A stretch of DNA of 4,745 nucleotides from a virus (lineage: Duplodnaviria; Heunggongvirae; Uroviricota; Caudoviricetes). The translations under genes were made by a program, and so were the position numbers. The notes under the pieces are model-generated. The model worked only from the letters and a program-made list of their open reading frames with translations, was not told the DNA's origin and searched no databases. The stretch lies in IMG/VR virus record IMGVR_UViG_2671180656_000004, positions 1-4,745 of that record; one strand, given 5' to 3'. This document shows positions 1 through 4,745 of the stretch, in pieces. How positions within the stretch are numbered: position 1 is the first letter of the stretch; each line of letters starts with the position of its first letter.

Positions 1-213
1 ATCATTGATTCAGCATCAGAAATTGAAGAATTACAGCGCAATACAGCAATAAAAATGCGTCGCCTGAACTACCAGACTGTATCCGCAACTCATTGTTGTG
101 AGTGTGGCGATCCGATAGATGAACGAAGACGCCTGGCAGTTCAGGGTTGTCGGACTTGTGCAAGTTGCCAGGAGGATCTGGAGCTTATCAGTAAACAGAG
201 AGGTTCGAAGTGA
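1..213 (+). CDS. TraR/DksA-family C4 zinc-finger protein, C-terminal fragment (5' end outside window)
   Basis: Frame 1 is open from base 1 to TGA 211-213 and translates ...HCCECGDPIDERRRLAVQGCRTCASCQEDLELISKQRGSK. Two CxxC pairs about 17 residues apart are typical of phage TraR/DksA C4 zinc fingers. The stop overlaps the next gene's GTG start (GTGA). Confidence 0.55.
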   Translation: MIDSASEIEELQRNTAIKMRRLNYQTVSATHCCECGDPIDERRRLAVQGCRTCASCQEDLELISKQRGSK

Positions 214-980
214 GCGAAATTAATTATCAGGCACTGCGTGAAAAGGCAGAAAAAGCAACTAAAGGAAGCTACATCGTAGGGCATACATCTGTTAACCAGC
301 ACGGCAATTTAACAGGAGTTTTTGTTTGCCAAAAATGGAAAGGAGAACCCGGTGGCGTGATTGCGGAATGTCATGTTAACTGCCTGATTGAATCAGATGC
401 TCAGGCTTATGCAAACGCTGAATTCATAGCAGAGGCTAACCCGGCTACCGTGCTGGAACTGCTGGATGAACGGGAAAGAAACCAGCAATACATCAAACGC
501 CGCGACCAGGAGAACGAGGGGATTGCGCTTACGGTTGGGAAGCTGCGTGTTGAGCTTGAAGCAGCAGAGAACAACCTTATTGATAGTGAATGCCATGTTG
601 CTGAACTGGAAGAAGCTCTACGCGATAAGCTGGCGTTACTTGAAGCCTCAGAAAAGCGCAACGCAAAATTACAAAGCGAGAATGCATACATCCGCAACCG
701 GTACAAAGAACTGGACCTATTAATCGGGAAAAACATTCTGGTCATGCAGGCTGCCATTATCGAATGGCAGGCAACTGGCGACGCTAAGAGCGGACTAGCA
801 TGGATTTATAACACACTGTTTGGCCCTGGCGAATTACCGGACGAATCTGAGAAAGATGCCCAGGCCTACTTTAATCGCAAATATGCACCGATTGACGAAA
901 AGCTTATGGCGCTTCACAAGTGGTTTTGGGAACAAAGTGAAGCCAAGCGCGCCGCTGGCATTCGCATCAAAGGAGAGTGA
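210..980 (+). CDS. ead/Ea22-like prophage protein with central coiled coil
   Basis: 256-aa ORF with GTG start at 210 preceded by AGAGAGG. N-terminus MSEINYQALREKAEKATKG resembles Ea22-like N-termini as I recall them. The middle (ELLDERERNQ...LQSENAYIRNRYKELD) has heptad-like charged/Leu periodicity. The position between a zinc-finger gene and xis/int fits the lambda ea region. Confidence 0.6.
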   Translation: MSEINYQALREKAEKATKGSYIVGHTSVNQHGNLTGVFVCQKWKGEPGGVIAECHVNCLIESDAQAYANAEFIAEANPATVLELLDERERNQQYIKRRDQENEGIALTVGKLRVELEAAENNLIDSECHVAELEEALRDKLALLEASEKRNAKLQSENAYIRNRYKELDLLIGKNILVMQAAIIEWQATGDAKSGLAWIYNTLFGPGELPDESEKDAQAYFNRKYAPIDEKLMALHKWFWEQSEAKRAAGIRIKGE

Positions 981-981
981 G

Positions 982-1497
982 ATGGCGTTAACACACCGAG
1001 AACTCTGTCAGATTGCGTACAAGTTCCTTAAGCGCAACGGGTTCAAGGTTTGCTTTCATGACCGCTTTATAGCCGTAACCAGTACCGGAGAACAGCCAGA
1101 TGCTATGGGATTCAGAAATTCAGCATCATGCCTGATAGAGGCGAAGTGTTCTCATGCTGACTTGTTGGCAGATAAAAAAAAGCGTTTCCGTAAAAATCCG
1201 TCTCTTGGAATGGGCGACTGGCGATTCTTTATTAGTGAGCCGGGAATTATTTCAATTGAGGATTTACCACCTGGCTGGGGATTACTTCACGTTGTTAACG
1301 GAAGAGTACGGAAAGTACATGGGTGGCCCAAGGGTAATTGCTGTTGGGGTAATCCTGACGATAAGCCATTTACTGGGAATAAGCAGGTTGAATGCGATTA
1401 CATGTTATCTGCATTAAGGCGCATGGAGTTGAGAGGGCACCTTAATGAAATATATGACGGTGTGATTGTTAATAAGAAAGAAGGAAACGCGGCATGA
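982..1497 (+). CDS. Hypothetical protein with N-terminal PD-(D/E)xK nuclease-like core
   Basis: ATG 982 lies 1 nt after the upstream stop with SD AAAGGAGAG at 969-977. The track's 820 start would overlap the upstream gene by 160 nt. Translation MALTHRELCQIAYKFLKRNGFKVCFHDRFIAVTSTGEQPDAMGFRNSASCLIEAKCS gives a helix Glu, a PD (codons 1096-1101) and an E-A-K (1138-1146) 12 residues later, in alpha-beta-beta-beta-alpha order. The C-terminal roughly 90 aa is unassigned. Confidence 0.6.
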   Translation: MALTHRELCQIAYKFLKRNGFKVCFHDRFIAVTSTGEQPDAMGFRNSASCLIEAKCSHADLLADKKKRFRKNPSLGMGDWRFFISEPGIISIEDLPPGWGLLHVVNGRVRKVHGWPKGNCCWGNPDDKPFTGNKQVECDYMLSALRRMELRGHLNEIYDGVIVNKKEGNAA

Positions 1498-2312
1498 TCA
1501 CTATTACCAAAGGGCGACTGCTGACAATCAAACAGTGGCGCGAAACATACGGACCTGGTAGCAACGTTGTACTGCCAGCAGAAGAAGCGGAAGAACTGGC
1601 ACGAATTGCTCTGGCAGCGCTGGAAGCCGAGCCGATAGGTTTCCGTTGCAGGCGCAATGATAACCTTGGTGATTGGAGTTACGTATATCATCGAGAGCCA
1701 GATGATTTTGAGCGCAAACATTTAGTGATAGAGGGCATTTACGCCGCCCCTCCAGCACCAGTAGTACCGGAAGAAAAACCAATGCCTAATCCTCTTAGCA
1801 TGTACGCGGTTGATGCTGTTGCCGCTATTGCAGAGGTGAGAGGCTGGAACGCCTGCCGTGCCGCTATGCTTCAGTCCGGAAACTTTCGGGAAAACAAGAA
1901 TTCGTCAACCAATAATTTTCGGGAAATCGCGGAAACGTCAACCAACTATCCGGTAATTCCTAGTGAGGTGTTGTCCGCAATCCTGAAGGTTGCCAAGATT
2001 CGTGCCGATGTCGATGATTTTGACGGTGACAGGCGAGGTATCGGTGATTGTCTGGATGAGGCTGAGCAAGAGCTTATCGTTACCATTAACAAATATGCCA
2101 GTCAGTTGGCAGTAGAGCCGGTAGTACCTGATGACGTTCGAGTGCAGACAGCCGTTCCGCCAGCTCCGGTAATACAGGCTGATATCGCGCAATCAATTGA
2201 AAATCTCAAGCAGAAGTTAGTGGAATGCAATCGCTATAACTACTGCGCAGATGCAGTTAAGGGCGTAGAGGATGCCTGCCGCGCTGCCATGCTTAAGGGA
2301 GATAAATCATGA
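1494..2312 (+). CDS. Hypothetical prophage protein with two internally duplicated modules (possibly DUF550-type)
   Basis: 272-aa ORF whose ATG overlaps the upstream stop (ATGA at 1494-1497). Two diverged modules share APPAPVV...Y.VDAV...ACRAAMLQ and VPPAPVI...Y.ADAV...ACRAAMLK. An acidic run DVDDFDGDRRGIGDCLDEAEQE lies between them. No family could be confirmed. Confidence 0.6.
   Translation: MITITKGRLLTIKQWRETYGPGSNVVLPAEEAEELARIALAALEAEPIGFRCRRNDNLGDWSYVYHREPDDFERKHLVIEGIYAAPPAPVVPEEKPMPNPLSMYAVDAVAAIAEVRGWNACRAAMLQSGNFRENKNSSTNNFREIAETSTNYPVIPSEVLSAILKVAKIRADVDDFDGDRRGIGDCLDEAEQELIVTINKYASQLAVEPVVPDDVRVQTAVPPAPVIQADIAQSIENLKQKLVECNRYNYCADAVKGVEDACRAAMLKGDKS
1881..1946 (+). repeat. Imperfect in-frame tandem duplication, 2 x 33 bp, inside CDS 1494..2312
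   Basis: Copy 1 (1881-1913) aactttcgggaaaacaagaattcgtcaaccaat and copy 2 (1914-1946) aattttcgggaaatcgcggaaacgtcaaccaac share about 24 of 33 positions. They encode NFRENKNSSTN / NFREIAETSTN. Confidence 0.5.
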
Positions 2313-2434
2313 TTAATCGTACCAAGCTGGAGCACATCCTCGAATATGCCAGACAGCAGAGGCATACTGGTCAGCATTGTAAAATTCCACCAGGGGATAT
2401 GGTTGAAATCATGGAGATTGAAGATAAGCTGTAG
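2309..2434 (+). CDS. Small hypothetical protein (41 aa), not in ORF track
   Basis: ATG 2309 overlaps the upstream stop (ATGA) and follows SD AAGGGAGA (2295-2302) with a 6-nt spacer. Translation MINRTKLEHILEYARQQRHTGQHCKIPPGDMVEIMEIEDKL has protein-like composition. It is below the ORF-track length cutoff. Confidence 0.35.
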   Translation: MINRTKLEHILEYARQQRHTGQHCKIPPGDMVEIMEIEDKL

Positions 2435-2630
2435 TGAGCGAATGCCGAACGATAAACAGTATGTTTGGTGTTGGGGGAAGTCTTACGGCTGGACTGAGTG
2501 CGATACCTTCGAAGGGTATTACGATTGTTCGAGAAACAAATGGTGGGCAGTTACTGACAATGGGGAAGAACCGGCATCGAAAGTAACCCACTGGATGCCG
2601 CTACCGGAGCCGCCGCAGGAGGTGAAATGA
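2403..2630 (+). CDS. DUF551-like small Trp-rich prophage protein (start uncertain: 2346, 2403, 2418 or 2442)
   Basis: The frame is open from 2346 and contains ...KISCSERMPNDKQYVWCWGKSYGWTECDTFEGYYDCSRNKWWAVTDNGEEPASKVTHWMPLPEPPQEVK. The CSERMP N-motif and THWMPLPEPP C-motif match my recollection of DUF551. ATG 2346 has no SD. TTG 2403 follows AGGGGA (2392-2397) with a 5-nt spacer. ATG 2442 would cut off the conserved CSERMP segment. Confidence 0.55.
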   Translation: MKSWRLKISCSERMPNDKQYVWCWGKSYGWTECDTFEGYYDCSRNKWWAVTDNGEEPASKVTHWMPLPEPPQEVK

Positions 2631-2713
2631 TGAATTGGCCTGAAGCATTCACCGCAGTTGGAGTTGCAATAGCGGTGGCATTTATTCTGTATTCGCTTTT
2701 CCGCTGGGGATAA
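2627..2713 (+). CDS. Putative 28-aa single-pass membrane peptide, not in ORF track
   Basis: ATGATG at 2627 overlaps the upstream TGA (ATGA) and follows a near-consensus SD GGAGGTG (2618-2624). Translation MMNWPEAFTAVGVAIAVAFILYSLFRWG is a roughly 20-residue hydrophobic helix with an aromatic/basic C-terminal end. It exactly fills the only 87-nt gap in this stretch. Confidence 0.35.
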   Translation: MMNWPEAFTAVGVAIAVAFILYSLFRWG

Positions 2714-2717
2714 AGGA

Positions 2718-2960
2718 ATGTTCGCTCTGATTCAACGTGGTCAGATATACACGGACAGAGCCGGATACCCTGTGGTGATTACTCGCAGTACTCAGCACTC
2801 AGTGTTCTTTCGACGCATGGACGGGCGCTCCGGACGGGTACGCATTGGTGAGTTCAACAACCTGTTCGAACATATTGACCAACAGGAGTACCGCAAAATT
2901 CTGGCGGGCACTGAGCAGGAAATGCGCCTGAAAAAATTACGCGCAATGCAACGGAGGTGA
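2718..2960 (+). CDS. Hypothetical small basic prophage protein (80 aa; possibly DUF4222-type)
   Basis: ATG 2718 is preceded by AAAGGAA (2711-2717). The 80-aa ORF is Arg/Lys-rich (MFALIQRGQIYTDRAGYPVVITRSTQHSVFFRRMDGRSGRVRIGEF...KKLRAMQRR). Its position just upstream of xis is typical for small lambdoid accessory proteins. The family assignment is from memory only. Confidence 0.55.
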   Translation: MFALIQRGQIYTDRAGYPVVITRSTQHSVFFRRMDGRSGRVRIGEFNNLFEHIDQQEYRKILAGTEQEMRLKKLRAMQRR

Positions 2961-2963
2961 TAC

Positions 2964-3098
2964 ATGCATACGGCTTTTGAGTTCTGGGTTCGCAAGACAT
3001 TCGGCAATCGCTACGACCTGACCCGTGATGTCGACGGCTTCTACTGCCGTGAAGTTGTGAAACGAATGTTTGACGTGTGGTGCCACTGCCGTGGATGA
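2964..3098 (+). CDS. Small hypothetical protein (44 aa), not in ORF track
   Basis: ATG 2964 follows a strong SD GGAGGTG (2953-2959) by 4 nt and sits 3 nt after the upstream stop. Translation MHTAFEFWVRKTFGNRYDLTRDVDGFYCREVVKRMFDVWCHCRG ends in a Cys/His cluster (C28, C40, H41, C42). It fills the gap before xis. Confidence 0.4.
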   Translation: MHTAFEFWVRKTFGNRYDLTRDVDGFYCREVVKRMFDVWCHCRG

Positions 3099-3116
3099 AA
3101 GTTTTATGAGGTTGGC

Positions 3117-3371
3117 ATGCAGACAATCATCTATCAGATAACCCCCAGCAAATGGTGTACGGAGAGAGTCCTTATTGCATCAACAGGGCTAAAGCCCGGC
3201 ACCATCGAGCGGGCCAGAAGAAAGTCATGGATGCAGGGAAAAGAATACCGCCATTACGCTGTAGAAGGTGATCCTGGGCATTACAGTGAATGCCTGTACA
3301 ACATCGAAGAAATTATGCGATGGATCGAAAACCAGAAACAACCAGGTGCCAAAAATGCAAGTTCCGGTTAA
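3117..3371 (+). CDS. xis: Excisionase-like protein
   Basis: 84-aa ORF immediately upstream of and co-directional with the integrase. GAGG lies upstream of ATG 3117. The small basic protein (ITPSKWCTERVLIASTGLKPGTIERARRK...) resembles the enterobacterial prophage excisionase-like family as I recall it. Confidence 0.6.
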   Translation: MQTIIYQITPSKWCTERVLIASTGLKPGTIERARRKSWMQGKEYRHYAVEGDPGHYSECLYNIEEIMRWIENQKQPGAKNASSG

Positions 3372-3404
3372 CCTGTTAATGCTCCTGGACGTCTGGGAGG
3401 TTTA

Positions 3405-4691
3405 ATGAGTAACGCATCATACCCGACAGGCGTTGAAAACCATGGCGGATCACTCCGTATATGGTTTCACTATAATGGCAAACGTGTCAGAGAAAACCTC
3501 GGTGTTCCTGACACAGCCAAAAACCGGAAGATCGCTGGTGAACTTCGCACTTCCGTTTGTTTTGCAATCAGAATGGGGAGTTTCGACTACGCCGCGCAGT
3601 TCCCTAATTCCCCTAACCTGAAACACTTTGGTCTGGGAAAAAGAGAGATAACCGTTAAGGCACTTTCGGAAAAATGGTTGGACCTTAAGAAAATTGAGAT
3701 TTGTGCGAATGCACTTAACCGTTACCAGTCAGTAATTAAAAACATGTTACCAATGTTAGGTGAAAAAAAACTGGTTTCATCCATAACAAAAGAGGATTTA
3801 CTTTTCGTAAGGAGAGATTTGTTGACCGGTTACCAAAAGCTTTCTAATGGAAAGACTTCTTCCATAAAAGGGCGCTCAGTGGTCACGGTAAACTACTATA
3901 TGACAACCATAGCTGGAATGTTTCAATTTGCAACAGATAATGGTTATACCTCAGGAAACCCATTTAACGGTCTGGCTCCCTTAAAAAAGTCCAAGGTAAA
4001 ACCAGATCCTCTCACCCGTGACGAATTTATTCGTTTTATTGAGGCTTGCCGTCATCAACAAACAAAAAACCTGTGGATTCTCGCTGTATACACGGGTATT
4101 CGTCACGGGGAGTTGGTATCGCTGGCATGGGAAGATATAGACCTTAAAGCAAGGACTATAACCATCCGTAGAAATTATACAAAACTTGGCGAATTCACTC
4201 CACCAAAAACCGATGCAGGCACCGGAAGGACAATTCATCTGGTTCAACCAGCTATTGATGCTCTTAAAAGCCAGGCGGAAATGACCATGCTTGGAAAGCA
4301 ACATTCTGTAGAGGTGAAGCAGAGGGAATATGGGAGAACTGCTGTGCATAAATGCACTTTTGTTTTTAGTCCTCAGGTAACAAAACAGCAGCAGTTGTCC
4401 GGACCTCACTACAAGGTTGACTCCATCAGGGAGTCATGGACAAGTATCTTAAAACGCGCAGGTCTGAGACACAGAAAATCGTACCAATCCAGGCATACTT
4501 ATGCATGCTGGTCACTTGCCGCAGGAGCTAATCCTAGTTTTATCGCAAGCCAGATGGGCCACACAAACGCACAAATGGTATTCAATGTTTACGGAGCATG
4601 GATGAAAGACAACAATCACGAACAGATAGAACTCCTTAACAAAAGACTATCTGAAAGTGTCCCATGTATGCCCCATAAGAAAGCAGGGTAA
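3405..4691 (+). CDS. int: Phage integrase, tyrosine site-specific recombinase (Rac/e14-like lambdoid type)
   Basis: 428-aa ORF with SD GGAGG (3393-3397) before ATG 3405. The C-terminal catalytic domain has box I Arg (YTGIRHGELVSLAWEDIDL), box II SRHTYACW, His in MGHTNAQM and the nucleophile Tyr in NVYGAW. The N-terminal arm-binding-type domain starts MSNASYPTGVENHGGSLRIWFHYNGKRVRENL. Confidence 0.93.
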   Translation: MSNASYPTGVENHGGSLRIWFHYNGKRVRENLGVPDTAKNRKIAGELRTSVCFAIRMGSFDYAAQFPNSPNLKHFGLGKREITVKALSEKWLDLKKIEICANALNRYQSVIKNMLPMLGEKKLVSSITKEDLLFVRRDLLTGYQKLSNGKTSSIKGRSVVTVNYYMTTIAGMFQFATDNGYTSGNPFNGLAPLKKSKVKPDPLTRDEFIRFIEACRHQQTKNLWILAVYTGIRHGELVSLAWEDIDLKARTITIRRNYTKLGEFTPPKTDAGTGRTIHLVQPAIDALKSQAEMTMLGKQHSVEVKQREYGRTAVHKCTFVFSPQVTKQQQLSGPHYKVDSIRESWTSILKRAGLRHRKSYQSRHTYACWSLAAGANPSFIASQMGHTNAQMVFNVYGAWMKDNNHEQIELLNKRLSESVPCMPHKKAG

Positions 4692-4724
4692 AATAAAAAC
4701 TTGCAAAATCAATTAGTTTACCCT
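4685..4724. other. 8-bp inverted repeat flanking an AT-rich 24-bp spacer just after the int stop; possible att-proximal or integrase-binding element
   Basis: agggtaaa (4685-4692) is the exact reverse complement of tttaccct (4717-4724). The spacer is ataaaaacttgcaaaatcaattag. Too weak and wide-looped for a clear rho-independent terminator. Its position matches where attL/attR-type sites sit next to int. Confidence 0.2.
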
Positions 4725-4745
4725 TAATCCCTGTCACGTTACGCG

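Larger units (their letters stand above)
1..4745 (+). mobile_element. Lambdoid prophage, integrase-proximal accessory (b/ea-like) region ending in xis-int
   Basis: Gene order zinc-finger / Ea22-like / small accessory ORFs / excisionase-like / tyrosine integrase, all co-directional with 4-nt start-stop overlaps. This matches the pL-distal end of lambda-type prophages. No homology search could be run. Confidence 0.7.

Noticed and set aside
407-757. 116-aa minus-strand ORF (and overlapping 393..596 minus ORF) rich in Ser/Ala/Arg
   Set aside because: It lies antisense to the coiled-coil part of the Ea22-like gene. The low-complexity composition is the usual mirror of a Glu/Leu/Ala-rich sense frame, and there is no SD or independent start context.
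820-981. Track's upstream extension of the nuclease-like ORF to ATG 820
   Set aside because: It would overlap the Ea22-like gene by 160 nt in another frame. ATG 982 has a strong SD and sits 1 nt after the upstream stop.
466-1417. Alternative-frame plus ORFs 466..723 and 1154..1417, and 3433..3621 inside int
   Set aside because: They overlap stronger same-strand genes out of frame, lack SD sequences and have odd composition.
1398-2192. Minus-strand ORFs 1398..1721, 1469..1657, 1528..1782 and 1938..2192
   Set aside because: All are embedded antisense in well-supported, coupled plus-strand genes. Their translations are Cys/Arg/Ser-rich and not protein-like, and the plus-strand operon leaves no promoter space.
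2409-3126. Minus-strand ORFs 2409..2591, 2792..3007 and 2854..3126
   Set aside because: Antisense to the DUF551-like, 80-aa and 44-aa plus-strand genes, with no RBS and a composition typical of shadow ORFs.
3300-3404. Lambda pI-like CII-activated promoter (TTGC-N6-TTGC) within the xis 3' end
   Set aside because: No TTGC-N6-TTGC pair and no convincing -35/-10 hexamers were found by eye. int may be expressed only by read-through.
3981-4409. 142-aa minus-strand ORF inside the integrase gene
   Set aside because: It lies completely within the integrase coding sequence, whose catalytic motifs leave no doubt about the plus-strand frame.
4692-4745. Possible tRNA 3' end as integration target after int
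   Set aside because: No T-loop-like GGTTCGAATCC or CCA-end features are recognisable on either strand in the last 54 bp. The window is too short to judge.
1-4745. CRISPR arrays, rRNA/tRNA genes and Chi sites (GCTGGTGG)
   Set aside because: There are no regularly spaced direct repeats and no structured-RNA signatures. The nearest Chi-like string (gctggtga near 3531) is not a match.

Overview
This window reads as the terminal left arm of an integrated lambdoid (Rac/e14-like) enterobacterial prophage, with about 50% GC and E. coli/Salmonella-like codon usage. All credible genes are on the + strand in one tightly packed, translationally coupled operon: a 5'-truncated TraR/DksA-type zinc-finger gene, an ead/Ea22-like coiled-coil protein, a protein with a canonical PD-(D/E)xK nuclease core, a 272-aa protein built from two diverged internal modules, a run of small ORFs (one W-rich DUF551-like, one 28-aa single-helix membrane peptide), an excisionase-like gene and a tyrosine integrase, followed by about 54 bp that should hold the att/host junction. 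No rRNA, tRNA or CRISPR array is visible. Family names are recalled from memory, not searched. The best candidate for something undescribed is the coupled nuclease-like gene plus repeat-module gene sitting in the accessory slot between ea22 and xis/int, together with the strongly SD-supported small ORFs that fill every would-be intergenic gap.
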